Positions 24,092-33,590 of a stretch of DNA of 42,175 nucleotides are shown piece after piece (within the stretch, counting starts at the first letter, position 1; every line of letters begins with the position of its first letter). The notes below the pieces were generated by a model that searched no databases, had not been told where the DNA came from, and worked only from the letters and a program-made list of their open reading frames with translations. The stretch comes from Chloroflexota bacterium (GTDB lineage Bacteria; Chloroflexota; Chloroflexia; QHBQ01), in the NCBI GenBank assembly GCA_043754535.1, contig JAYUUN010000057.1, forward strand, positions 1 to 42,175, in the 5' to 3' direction. A program made the translations under genes and the position numbers.

Positions 24092-25264
24092 ATGTGGACG
24101 CGGCACAAGAAGCAAGCGGAGATTGAGTTGGGGCAGGCGGTGATCCTCTCACCGCAGCCTGCCTGCTCCTACCCGCTGCACCCGGTTGCCCTTGCTCTTG
24201 GCGACGAGATCGTGGTCGCTTGCCAACACCCGCTGCCTGGCAGCGAACTGGAACCAACCAACGACAATATCCCCCGCTTCACCCTCACCCTCTCGCGCAG
24301 CGATCTACACCTGGTTAGCCACAGCCTCCTCTACCGGGCGGCGCAGCAACCCTACAATCTTGCCCTTGCCACTGCCAACGGCAGGCTATATGCTGTCTGG
24401 AACGCCTACAGCTACAAAGATGTAATCCTCACCTACCTGCTAGACACTGCCAGCCAGCCAGTGCATCGCCTCGAACCCGCCCTCTACCTGCCCAGCTTTG
24501 CCGCCGCTGGGGATCGCCTCTACTTGCTCGGCCACCAGAACGACACTCTCACCTACCTCAGCAGCGACGACGGTCAGCACTGGGGTGACCCCTACCCACT
24601 AGAGCCGCTGGAGGATCGCCATCAACTCGATTTCGCCCGCCCACAGATGTATGCCGCTGGCGAGTTGCTGGCCGCCACCTGGGGGCTGCTACCGCGTGGC
24701 GACGGGGTGGCTCTGGCCGAACGCCGTTATCGCCGCCGCTACCAAACTGCTCTACGTGGCGGGCGCATCTTCGTGCGCTGGTACGATGGCGTGGGCTGGC
24801 GGCGCGCTCAGCAGGTCAACGCTCCTACCCTCCCTGCTGCATATCCCGCCCTCAGCTACTGGCAGGATCGCCTCTGGCTAGCCTACTGTGGCTGGGAGCA
24901 GGCGGGTGAACTGCCTGGCCTCTACCTAGCCAGCCGCACCCTCGCGCAGGCTGGCTGGGCTAGTCATAAGCTGGACGACTTCGCCAGCACCCGACTGGTC
25001 GAGGGCGGCGCGGTCCGTAGCTACCTGCTCCCACTCAGCGACCCGCCTGGCCTGCTGCTCCTCGCGCTGCAAGGCGGCAATCTGCACGCCTACCTGATTG
25101 CTGCCAATGGTGACTGCCTCGCCAGTGCAGAGCTAACCAGCGCGGGCCGCAACAGCGATCCCAGCCTGCTGCTCGTTGGTGGTCAGCCGTTTGTCGTTTG
25201 GCAGACCGAGAAGCCACCCGGTAGCTACCAGGTAGTAGCTGCTCCCCTCCACTTTCATCTGTGA
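24092..25264 (+). CDS. Hypothetical protein, possibly a BNR/Asp-box beta-propeller
   Basis: One Asp-box SSDDGQHW; repeated P.l....g..l.v.W strands; RBS GGGGAG before ATG 24092. Confidence 0.5.
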   Translation: MWTRHKKQAEIELGQAVILSPQPACSYPLHPVALALGDEIVVACQHPLPGSELEPTNDNIPRFTLTLSRSDLHLVSHSLLYRAAQQPYNLALATANGRLYAVWNAYSYKDVILTYLLDTASQPVHRLEPALYLPSFAAAGDRLYLLGHQNDTLTYLSSDDGQHWGDPYPLEPLEDRHQLDFARPQMYAAGELLAATWGLLPRGDGVALAERRYRRRYQTALRGGRIFVRWYDGVGWRRAQQVNAPTLPAAYPALSYWQDRLWLAYCGWEQAGELPGLYLASRTLAQAGWASHKLDDFASTRLVEGGAVRSYLLPLSDPPGLLLLALQGGNLHAYLIAANGDCLASAELTSAGRNSDPSLLLVGGQPFVVWQTEKPPGSYQVVAAPLHFHL

Positions 25265-25279
25265 GCGCGGCAAGAAGAT

Positions 25280-25317
25280 GCGGCGGATTGGCTCCCCCTA
25301 GGAGGTCAACCCGCCGC
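25280..25317. terminator. GC-rich hairpin between convergent genes
   Basis: GCGGCGGATTGGCTCC...GGAGGTCAACCCGCCGC; no clear U-tract. Confidence 0.5.
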
Positions 25318-25338
25318 TCAGATGATCGTTAATAGCTA

Positions 25339-25887
25339 CTAGCGGCCTCGTACCGCCCGCCGCGTCGCCTCCAATGCTAGACCGAAGGCAAGGTGGCCCG
25401 CCAGGCCGTAGAGGTGTAGGCCGAGTGGGTAGCGCGTGGGGCCGTAGGCGTTGCCGCTGAGGGGAACAGCAATCTCATCTTGCAGCAGCCAGAACACTGC
25501 CCCCAGCGGTAGCCCGTTGCCTGTGCCAAGCCCCGGCTTGTACTCGGCGGCCAGCCCATAGAGGCCGCCCAGCAGCGTGCCGAAGGTGTAATGCGAGAGA
25601 GGGCCAGCCCACTGCTGCTGCTCGTAGGTAAGCTCACGCCCAGTTACCGCTTTGACGGCGCGACTGGCGGCCACCTCGTTCGCGTCATTGTCGCCCTTGC
25701 CGCCTTGCGACTGGTAGCCCAGCCTCAGCGGATTGCGGCTGCGCGGCGGCTTGCCGTCCGGGGCGGCTCCGCTTAGGGCTACACTCAGGTTGATGTATAC
25801 GCCCTGGAAGGTGTCCATCGCCACCAGTGCCACAAACCCCGCGATCAACCCCGCCCGCCAACCCTTCGCCAAATCTTTCTTCGCCAC
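25339..25887 (-). CDS. DUF1440-like membrane protein
   Basis: GLIAGFVA..AM, HYTFG...G.LYG, FWLLQDEIAVP, HLYGLAGHLAFG; GTG start with AAAGGAG RBS. Confidence 0.65.
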   Translation of the reverse strand: MAKKDLAKGWRAGLIAGFVALVAMDTFQGVYINLSVALSGAAPDGKPPRSRNPLRLGYQSQGGKGDNDANEVAASRAVKAVTGRELTYEQQQWAGPLSHYTFGTLLGGLYGLAAEYKPGLGTGNGLPLGAVFWLLQDEIAVPLSGNAYGPTRYPLGLHLYGLAGHLAFGLALEATRRAVRGR

Positions 25888-26200
25888 GATTGCTGCTCCT
25901 TTAGCTTGTTTGCTGGCGATGGGGCAAGGTTCGTGCCAGTAGCAGGGGTGTTGCCCACCACCAAAAACAACTTCGACTGCATAGGGGCGTTTGGTGAACC
26001 GCACTCTAACTAGTTGCATACTCAGGTGCAGAGGGCTGGCCTATCGCTAATCTGCCGCCTGGCAACGTAGCAAGCTATTATCTTTACACAAGAAGAAACA
26101 GGCAATCGTGAACCTTTATCACCATGCTGCTTACCTGCTCCCTCATCTTGTGCTATAATCCAGCCCTACATAGTAATCATTCAACCAGGAGGCGAAGTTC

Positions 26201-26986
26201 ATGCAGCAGTCGCATACCCTCAGCCTGATCACCATCGTGTTGATCATTATTCTTGTGTCCGCTTGTGTGGGCAACCCGCCAGCCCCTACCGCCACTAGCG
26301 AGTCGCAGCTAGACTGGAGCTACCAGGGCGACAACGGACCGGGCAAGTGGGCAAGCCTCGACAGCAAGTACGCTCTGTGCGCCAGTGGCAAGAGCCAATC
26401 GCCCATCGATATACAGCAGGCGCAGCGGCAAGACCTACCCGACATTGCCTTCCACTACCAGCCCAGCCTGCTGAAAATCGTTAACAACGGCCACACCATC
26501 GAACTGGACTATCCGGACGGCAGCAACACGATCACCCTTGACGGTAGTAGCTACCGCCTGGTGCAGTTCCACTTCCACACGCCCAGCGAACATCAGATCG
26601 ACGGGCAAGCCACCGCGATGGAGTTGCACCTAGTCCACAAGGATGCAAAGGGCAGGCTGGCGGTGATCGGCGTGCTGGTCAAAGAGGGGGAGGAGAACCG
26701 TACACTCGTCGAGGCCTGGGCGAAGCTGCCGCACAGTGAGGGGGAGCAGCCGCTCGACAGCAGCCTCGATGCCAGTCAACTGCTGCCCCGCAACCGTAGC
26801 AGTTTCCGCTACGCCGGCTCGCTGACCACGCCGCCCTGCAGCGAAGGGGTGCGCTGGACGGTACTGGAACAGCCGATAGAGATGTCAGCCGCCCAGATCG
26901 CCGCCTTCCGCACCATCTACCCTAGCAACAACCGACCGCTGCAACCGCTCAACACCCGCGCCGTGATCGAAGATGCCACCAAGTAG
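26201..26986 (+). CDS. cah: Alpha-class carbonic anhydrase, lipoprotein
   Basis: QSPIDI, NNGHT, Zn ligands FHFH and ELHLVH, GSLTTPPCSEGV.W, NNRPLQ; lipobox VSAC; TGTGCTATAAT upstream. Confidence 0.93.
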   Translation: MQQSHTLSLITIVLIIILVSACVGNPPAPTATSESQLDWSYQGDNGPGKWASLDSKYALCASGKSQSPIDIQQAQRQDLPDIAFHYQPSLLKIVNNGHTIELDYPDGSNTITLDGSSYRLVQFHFHTPSEHQIDGQATAMELHLVHKDAKGRLAVIGVLVKEGEENRTLVEAWAKLPHSEGEQPLDSSLDASQLLPRNRSSFRYAGSLTTPPCSEGVRWTVLEQPIEMSAAQIAAFRTIYPSNNRPLQPLNTRAVIEDATK

Positions 26987-27667
26987 CTACTGCTGGCGGC
27001 GGCGCGGGCGGTTGGCTGCTACTATCCAAACAGTGATCAGCGCAATCATCAGGGCGAACCATGGCCCAACCCCAGAGCCAGTGAAGAAGACAAGGTAGCC
27101 GCTCACTGGTCCGATGATCAGCCCGGCAATGACTAGCCCGATCACCCCCAGCAGGCGAATGCGGTGGGCGAAGGGAGTCAGGCTTGCTTGATCCAGGCTC
27201 CGCAAGCTGTTGACTAGCCCGATTATCATCAGGATCGGAGTCCAGAAGAAGATGAGCGCAAACCCCGACACCAGCCACATTAGCCCTCCGAAGTAGCCGC
27301 CCCTAGCAGCTTGGCTGGCAAGGAGTGGCAGGGTTGGCACCGCCACTGCCAGCAGTGGGCAAGCGATGCCCCACCAGGCCTGCCGCATAATCAGCCTGGT
27401 GCGCTCTGCCGGGGCGAGTGCCTCTAGTGGGGGGCGGTAGAAGCGTTCCAACGAGGCGTTCTGCGGCGGCGCAACCGGCCCGCTAAACTGCTCAATCCGC
27501 ACCTGCTCGACAAGCTGGCGCGCTGAACCGTAGCTGGGACTGTCGTCGGGGCAGTATGGCTGCCCAGCAGAGTAGAGGGTGCAGAGCGAACAGATCGGCC
27601 TGTTGCACATAGCGCAGCTTACCAACATTGGGATGGCGGGATGGCGGTAGCAGGTTAGTCTGGTCAT
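26987..27667 (-). CDS. Membrane protein with an N-terminal B-box-like zinc finger
   Basis: CYRHP....CAMCNRPICSLC.....GQPYC followed by about 4 TM segments. Confidence 0.65.
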   Translation of the reverse strand: MTRLTCYRHPAIPMLVSCAMCNRPICSLCTLYSAGQPYCPDDSPSYGSARQLVEQVRIEQFSGPVAPPQNASLERFYRPPLEALAPAERTRLIMRQAWWGIACPLLAVAVPTLPLLASQAARGGYFGGLMWLVSGFALIFFWTPILMIIGLVNSLRSLDQASLTPFAHRIRLLGVIGLVIAGLIIGPVSGYLVFFTGSGVGPWFALMIALITVWIVAANRPRRRQQ

Positions 27668-27925
27668 CTTTGGCTCGACACCTCAGTTAAGATTTATGCA
27701 TATTGTAGCACGTTTTACCCACGTTAGCAAGCCTCCTGACCTACCTGTGCTGGGTTGAAGCCTCCACCTTTGACAACCCCCTTTTCCTGCAACTGGCGAT
27801 CTGCTATAATATTGCCAACCCCCATTCGTCTCCTCGGTTGCAGCAGACGTGGCTCAAGGCTGAGTCGTCGGGTCGTCCACTGGTTCAGCCGCCTGCCCCG
27901 GCTACTATCCTGGAGGAGTAATATC

Positions 27926-29122
27926 ATGGCCGAGTTTATTGACCGTATTGAGTTCAGCGGGATCGTCAAGGTGCGCGATGCGATCCTCAAGCTGGACAAG
28001 CCGTTCCGCCTCGAAAGCGGTGAGCCGAGCTTCGACGTGCCGCAGCACATCAAGGACGCGATCAGCAAGGCTCTGCAAGACAACCACACCCACTATGTCG
28101 CCTCCGCTGGCATCCCTCAACTGCGCCAGGCCATCGCCGAGAAGGCGGCCCGCAAGAATCATATCCCCGTTGGCAAGTTTGCCGAGGTGCTGGTCACAAA
28201 CGGTGGGATGCACGCCCTCTACGTCCTCTTTCGCGCCCTGCTCGAAGCAGGGGACGAAGTGCTGATCCCCGACCCGACCTGGACTTGTGTGCAGGAGTTG
28301 CTCAAGCTGGCGGGGGCCAATGTCACCCGCTTCCCCCTGCGCGAGGAGCTTGGCTGGCGGTTCAACCCAGATGAGTTGCGCGCCGCGATCACCCCACGCA
28401 CGAAGGCTATCATGATCAACTCGCCGCACAATCCGACTGGCGGTGTCCTCACCCGCACTGACCTCGAAGCCATCGCTGCGATTGTGCAAGACCACCCTGG
28501 TATCACCGTAATCTCCGACGAGGCGTATGAGGATGTAATCTTTGACGGCGAGGAACACGTCAGCTTCGCGAGCCTACCAGGGATGTACGAGCGTTCGGCC
28601 AGCGTGTTCACCTTCAGCAAGTCCTACGCAATGACCGGCCTCCGCCTCGGCTACATCGTCACCCCCAATCCGCTGCTGATGGATCGCATGGCGAAGGTCG
28701 TCCTCTACACCTCGAATGGGGTCTCCTCGATCACCCAGTACGGTGGTCTGGCTGCCCTGACCGGCCCACAGGACTGCCTGACTGAGTTCCGCGACGAGTA
28801 CAAGCGGCGGCGTGACCTGTTCTACGACGGCCTGGCGACCATCCCTACCTTGCAGGGCGAGCGGCCAAAAGGGGCATTCTATGCCTTCCTCAAGATCGCC
28901 CCCACCTGGCAGGACGAGCGTGGGCGCAGCGACTCGTGGGCGATGACCGACTACCTGCTCAAGGCGCGAGTCGGCTCATCCCCTGGCGTGATCTTTGGGC
29001 CGCACGGTGAGGGCTACGTGCGCTTCAGCACCGCCTGTGTCGCCACCGACCTCAGCGGCGCGTTGGCGACCATGCAGCAGCTTTTCGCCGAGGAGCCAAT
29101 CCTGGTAGAGGCAGGCAGTTAG
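27926..29122 (+). CDS. PLP-dependent aminotransferase, class I/II (aspartate aminotransferase-like)
   Basis: GEPSFD, INSPHNPTG, SDEAY, FSKSYAMTGLRLGY (PLP lysine), GAFY; RBS GGAGGAG before ATG 27926. Confidence 0.92.
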   Translation: MAEFIDRIEFSGIVKVRDAILKLDKPFRLESGEPSFDVPQHIKDAISKALQDNHTHYVASAGIPQLRQAIAEKAARKNHIPVGKFAEVLVTNGGMHALYVLFRALLEAGDEVLIPDPTWTCVQELLKLAGANVTRFPLREELGWRFNPDELRAAITPRTKAIMINSPHNPTGGVLTRTDLEAIAAIVQDHPGITVISDEAYEDVIFDGEEHVSFASLPGMYERSASVFTFSKSYAMTGLRLGYIVTPNPLLMDRMAKVVLYTSNGVSSITQYGGLAALTGPQDCLTEFRDEYKRRRDLFYDGLATIPTLQGERPKGAFYAFLKIAPTWQDERGRSDSWAMTDYLLKARVGSSPGVIFGPHGEGYVRFSTACVATDLSGALATMQQLFAEEPILVEAGS

Positions 29123-29146
29123 CTACTAGCTCAACAAGCCTCAAGG

Positions 29147-29176
29147 GGCAGCAAGGTGAGCAACCGCCTTGCTGCC
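29147..29176. terminator. Hairpin between convergent genes
   Basis: GGCAGCAAGGTG-AGCAAC-CGCCTTGCTGCC. Confidence 0.55.
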
Positions 29177-29181
29177 GCCCG

Positions 29182-30126
29182 TCACTGCTTTGCGTGGGCC
29201 TTGAAGAAGTGCCAGATCAACTGGGCCAGCGACTGCTCATCCCCTGGGCGGCCCGGCAAAGCGCGCACGCTACCATCCTCGAACCAGGTGTGGGGGCCAC
29301 CCTTCACCGTGTAGTAGACGACCTCCGTACCAGCCTTGCAGCCGCTGAATGTTTGTTTGCTGCCGCCTTCGCTCTGCGCGACCTGCGGTGTGGGCTGGCA
29401 GCCGTCGGCCTGCACCCAGAACGCCTGGTTCTCTGCCACCGAGTTGTAGCGGTAGCCGTCAGCCTTGTTGCTCACCCCAGCGTAGCGCACGTTGTCGTCT
29501 GCGTCGCCGTGGAAGACGACGAGGGAGAGCGGATGGGTGGGTGGGGCTTCGTCGCCGCGGATCGTACCAGCAACAGGGGCTACCGCCGCTAGCCGATCAG
29601 CCAGCCTGACACCCAGGTAGTAGGCCATCATTGCCCCGTTGGAGAGGCCGCTGGCGTAGACCATCTTGAGGTTGACGTTGTAGCGTTGGTGCATTTCGTC
29701 GATCAGTGCGCTGATGAAGCCAACGTCGTCCAGGCCGTTCGCCTGCGCGTAGCCGCAGCACCAGCTTGCGTTGAAGCTGCTGTCACTACGCTGGTCGGTG
29801 CCATCAGGGTAGACGACGATGAAGCCCTCCTGGTCAGCGACCCGGTTCATGCCCATGTAGCCGCTGGCGTTGAGGCCCGTGCCGCCCCGCCCATGCAGCA
29901 TGATCACCAGTGGCAGCGACTTGCCAGCGGCGTAGGTAGCCGGTATGTGCAGGTAATAAGTGCGGGCCAGACCACCAAACTGCATCGCCTGCCCAAAGTC
30001 GCCCGGCCCACTCGCTGGTGGCACCACCACCGCCGTCGTGCCGTTCACGCTGCCGCCCCCGCCGCAGCCCAGCAGCAACCCGACCAGCAGCAGAGCCACA
30101 CCCACCGCAGAACGCTTCTTGACCAT
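29182..30126 (-). CDS. LpqC/PHB-depolymerase-family esterase, lipoprotein (paralog A)
   Basis: PLVIMLHG, VVYPDG, NASWCCG, DDVGFI, GLSNGAMM, FHGDADD, GGPHTW; lipobox LLGC. Confidence 0.85.
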   Translation of the reverse strand: MVKKRSAVGVALLLVGLLLGCGGGGSVNGTTAVVVPPASGPGDFGQAMQFGGLARTYYLHIPATYAAGKSLPLVIMLHGRGGTGLNASGYMGMNRVADQEGFIVVYPDGTDQRSDSSFNASWCCGYAQANGLDDVGFISALIDEMHQRYNVNLKMVYASGLSNGAMMAYYLGVRLADRLAAVAPVAGTIRGDEAPPTHPLSLVVFHGDADDNVRYAGVSNKADGYRYNSVAENQAFWVQADGCQPTPQVAQSEGGSKQTFSGCKAGTEVVYYTVKGGPHTWFEDGSVRALPGRPGDEQSLAQLIWHFFKAHAKQ

Positions 30127-30135
30127 CAAACCCTT

Positions 30136-31122
30136 CTATCGCTTCGGGTGTGCATTGAGGAAGTTGAGGATCAGGGTGTCAACGTCTACGTCGCCCACCT
30201 CGCGGCCCGCCAAGCCGAGGATTGCCGCAGTGCCAGGGATTTCGTGGCCGCCCTGCTTGAGTGAGTAGGAGACCACCGCCGTGCCACCTTCGCAGCCGCC
30301 ATAGCTCTCCTTCGTGCTGCCTGCGTTGTCCGCCCGCTGCGGCTCTGGCTTGCAGTTGTTCGCCTTAACCCAGTAGGCTACAGTATCTGGCTCGGCCTGA
30401 TAGCGGTTGCCAAACACCGTGCCGCCCTGGTAGAGGATCACCGGGTCGCGTTCGCCATGCACCTCCATTACTGCCACTGGCTGGCTAGGCATCGCTGCGC
30501 CCGCCTGCATTGCCCCAGAGAAGGAGACGACGGCGGCGATCTGCTCTGGTATTTCCCGCGCCAGGCGGTAGGCCAGCATCGCGCCATTGGAGTGGCCGAC
30601 GACAAACAGCCGCCTGTCATCAACCTGGTAACGCTGCTCAAGATCGGCGATCAGCTTGCTAACATAACCCACATCGTCAACCTTGTTGGTCACGGCAGAG
30701 CCGCAGCAGAAGCCTGCGTTCCAGCCGGGGTCGGGGCCGCTGCCATCTAGGTAAGCAAGGATGATCCCCTGCTCATCTGCCCGCCCTACCATGCCGCTTG
30801 CCCCGCGAAAGATACGCGCACTGCTGACATAGCCGGGCAACAGTAGGATCAGCGGCAGCGGCTTGCCCGCCTTGATCTGCGGTGGCAGGTGCAGGATGTA
30901 GGTTCGCGTCAGGCCACCATAGCTGAACTGCTGCTCGTAGTCGCCCGCTCTCTGTGGGTCGGTCGCCAGGGTGGGGAGCGGCACACTGGTGGGGAAGGGA
31001 TAGGGGCTAGCGGTTGGGGCGGCAGGTGGCAGGGCGGTCGGGGGCGGCTGGTTGGCCGTTGCCCCATCGCAGGCCACCAGGGTGAGCAGAGCAAGCAAGA
31101 TAAGGGTGCGCCAATTCTTCAT
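30136..31122 (-). CDS. LpqC/PHB-depolymerase-family esterase, lipoprotein (paralog B)
   Basis: WNAGFCCG, DDVGYV, GHSNGAML, HGERDP, GGHEIPG; lipobox LVAC; RBS GGAGAG before ATG 31122. Confidence 0.85.
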   Translation of the reverse strand: MKNWRTLILLALLTLVACDGATANQPPPTALPPAAPTASPYPFPTSVPLPTLATDPQRAGDYEQQFSYGGLTRTYILHLPPQIKAGKPLPLILLLPGYVSSARIFRGASGMVGRADEQGIILAYLDGSGPDPGWNAGFCCGSAVTNKVDDVGYVSKLIADLEQRYQVDDRRLFVVGHSNGAMLAYRLAREIPEQIAAVVSFSGAMQAGAAMPSQPVAVMEVHGERDPVILYQGGTVFGNRYQAEPDTVAYWVKANNCKPEPQRADNAGSTKESYGGCEGGTAVVSYSLKQGGHEIPGTAAILGLAGREVGDVDVDTLILNFLNAHPKR

Positions 31123-31210
31123 CGTTCTCTCCAAAGTTTTACATAGTTTGCCCTCTATTATAAGCTATCTGTGTGAGAATGGGATGAGAGAGGAGCATTC
31201 ATTTGCCCGC

Positions 31211-32137
31211 CTACTCCACGCTGATCATCCGCACCTCCAGCAGTTGCTCGCGGCTGAAGCCTTCCAGTTGCAGGTAGTAGGCGGCAGCGTCGATCATCGC
31301 GTCCAGCGGCAGTAGGCCAACCAGTTCGCTATGCCCTATCGTCACTCCGTAGCGGGCGGCTTCGGCGCGCACTAGTTCGAAGGCGCGGTAGAGAGGGGTA
31401 GCCTTGTGGTTGAGCAGGTTCATCGAAACCTGGGCCAGCCCCTGCGCCGCCAGGTCTACGCCCATCGCCTGCACGTTGACCAGTCCGCCGCTGCTCTCGC
31501 GGATGTTTTTGCTGATTCTCTTGGCGATCTCTACGTTCGGGGTGTTGAGGTTGATGTTGTAGGCGATCAGGTAGTTGCGCGCCCCCACTGCTGTGGCCCC
31601 AGCGGTTGGGTGCAGGCGCGGCTCGCCCGCTGGGGCGAAGTCGGGCCTGCGCTCTGGCAAACCAACCGCCTCCTTCAAACCCTCGTACTGGCCCACCCGC
31701 ACATCCGGTAGCCGCCTGCGGGCAGCAGTAGTAGCCGACTCGGCGTAGAGGTAGACGGGGATCGCCAGTTCGTCGGCCAGCCTTGCGCCAAGCTGTTTGC
31801 TCAAGGCCACGCACTCTGGCATGGTGATCCCGCTGATCGGGATGAAGGGGATCACGTCGGTCGCGCCAATGCGGGGGTGCGCCCCCCTATGCTCCTCCAT
31901 GTTGATCAAGGCCTGGGCCTGCCGTGCTAGTCGGAAGGCAACCTCGGCCACCGCCTGCGCCTCACCGACATAAGTCACCACCATACGGTTGTGGTCGCGG
32001 TCGGCAGAGTGGTCGAGCAGGCTGACCGCCAACCCTTCCTCTTTCGCCTGGCGCACCACGTCCACGATCTGCTCAATCACCTCTGGCCTGCGCCCCTCGC
32101 TAAAGTTGGGGACGCACTCTACGATCTGCCTGGGCAT
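31211..32137 (-). CDS. ftcD: Glutamate formimidoyltransferase
   Basis: VECVPNFSEGRR, DHNR.V.T, HRGAHPRIGATDVIPF, HPTAGATAVGAR, QVSMNL, SELVGL. Confidence 0.92.
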   Translation of the reverse strand: MPRQIVECVPNFSEGRRPEVIEQIVDVVRQAKEEGLAVSLLDHSADRDHNRMVVTYVGEAQAVAEVAFRLARQAQALINMEEHRGAHPRIGATDVIPFIPISGITMPECVALSKQLGARLADELAIPVYLYAESATTAARRRLPDVRVGQYEGLKEAVGLPERRPDFAPAGEPRLHPTAGATAVGARNYLIAYNINLNTPNVEIAKRISKNIRESSGGLVNVQAMGVDLAAQGLAQVSMNLLNHKATPLYRAFELVRAEAARYGVTIGHSELVGLLPLDAMIDAAAYYLQLEGFSREQLLEVRMISVE

Positions 32138-32166
32138 CGTTGCTCCTTTGCCTGCTAGGGCGCAAA

Positions 32167-33483
32167 CTACTCGTCTTCGACCTTCGTGAAGCGGTGCTGT
32201 GGGAGTCGCCGTTTAATCAGCTTGATCGCTTCGGCGATCCGCGTACGCGTCTCCTTGCCCTGCTGCTCCTGACCAGACCGCTCGTAGAGGCGGGCAAGGT
32301 GGATCAACTCTGTGTAGAGCTTACGTTGGTCGCCCTCCTCCTCGTAGACAGCTACCGCCCGCTTGCGGTATGCTATCGCCTGCTCCACATCGCCCAGCCG
32401 GGCATAGCTGATCGCAATGCCGCTGTTGAGTTCAGCTAGCATATCAACATCTATCTTGTCATCAAGCAACAATGCCTGCTCCTGCGCCGCAATAGACTCC
32501 TGGTAGCGACCCAGCGCGAAGTAAGCATCGGCCATAGCGACCAGCGGCCAGAACTGGTTGTTGGCATCATCGCTCGTGCGAGCATAAGCCAGTTCGCGCT
32601 GGGTGGCAGCCACTATCTGCGTATAATCCTTTGTCTCGCCATAAAGCTCGCGCAGGAACATGAAATCCTCGGTCACATCAACCCGCTCGCCCCGCTCCAT
32701 ATCCAACTGGATCGTCTCCTCGGCCAGGCGGATCGCTTCCGGGTAGTTGTGCTGCCTGCTGTGATAGATCGCCAGGTAAGTGGCGGCCTGCACTACGCCC
32801 GCCTGCGTACTCTCCTTGCGGGCCAGGGCCAGGGTGCGTTCCATGAATGGCAGCGTGCCATCTGGATAGCTGAAGTTATCGAAGCTGCGGCCACTATCTA
32901 TCTCACCCAGTACCTTCATACGCTCCTCCAGATCGGTACTTTGCTCGGCTTGCAGCAGCAGCGCAGCGGCGGCCTGGAGGCGGGGCTGACCGACAGTGGC
33001 CGACGAGGAGGAACTGCCTAGCTGAGGGGCAGCGAGGCGGGGGCGGGGCGGCTGCTCAAGCTGGGCCGCCACGGCGGTGCTGAGCAGCGTCTGCAATCCC
33101 TCCTGCTCTGCTGGCTCAAGCCCACTCTCTCGGCCTAGCAGTGGCTTGATCATCCCCTCTAGCTGGCTGTAAGCACCATACTCTGCCAGGAAGTCGGCGA
33201 GGCTGCTTGTTGGCGTATCCCCAGCAACTATCTCCTGGTTGAGCAGCGCAAAGGCAGCGGCATAGTCCCGCGCCAGCACCAGGTAGTTGAACTGCTGAAG
33301 CAGTGGCTGTACGTCTGCCAGAGCCTGCGGTGGGTTGTCCCTCGCGTCGAAGCGGTATTGGCTGGCATACTCGGCGGCTTTGGCCCGCTGCTGCTCTGGC
33401 GTAGGCGGGGCAGGGCGGTTCTGCCAGTAGGCGCGCTGCCGCTCCTCTCTCTTCTGCTTGTCGTTTCCCTTCTTGCTCATCAC
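32167..33483 (-). CDS. Tetratricopeptide repeat protein
   Basis: Repeated A..Y..LG.Y.EAI..A.ALL helical-pair motifs in the C-terminal half. Confidence 0.7.
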   Translation of the reverse strand: MMSKKGNDKQKREERQRAYWQNRPAPPTPEQQRAKAAEYASQYRFDARDNPPQALADVQPLLQQFNYLVLARDYAAAFALLNQEIVAGDTPTSSLADFLAEYGAYSQLEGMIKPLLGRESGLEPAEQEGLQTLLSTAVAAQLEQPPRPRLAAPQLGSSSSSATVGQPRLQAAAALLLQAEQSTDLEERMKVLGEIDSGRSFDNFSYPDGTLPFMERTLALARKESTQAGVVQAATYLAIYHSRQHNYPEAIRLAEETIQLDMERGERVDVTEDFMFLRELYGETKDYTQIVAATQRELAYARTSDDANNQFWPLVAMADAYFALGRYQESIAAQEQALLLDDKIDVDMLAELNSGIAISYARLGDVEQAIAYRKRAVAVYEEEGDQRKLYTELIHLARLYERSGQEQQGKETRTRIAEAIKLIKRRLPQHRFTKVEDE

Positions 33484-33590
33484 TTTCTCCTCTGGCCTAC
33501 ATCTTTGGCCGCAACATTATAGCACACCTACCGATAACCGCCCGTGATGTTGTATAATTCGCTGCAAGTGGCAAAACAGGAGACGACTTT

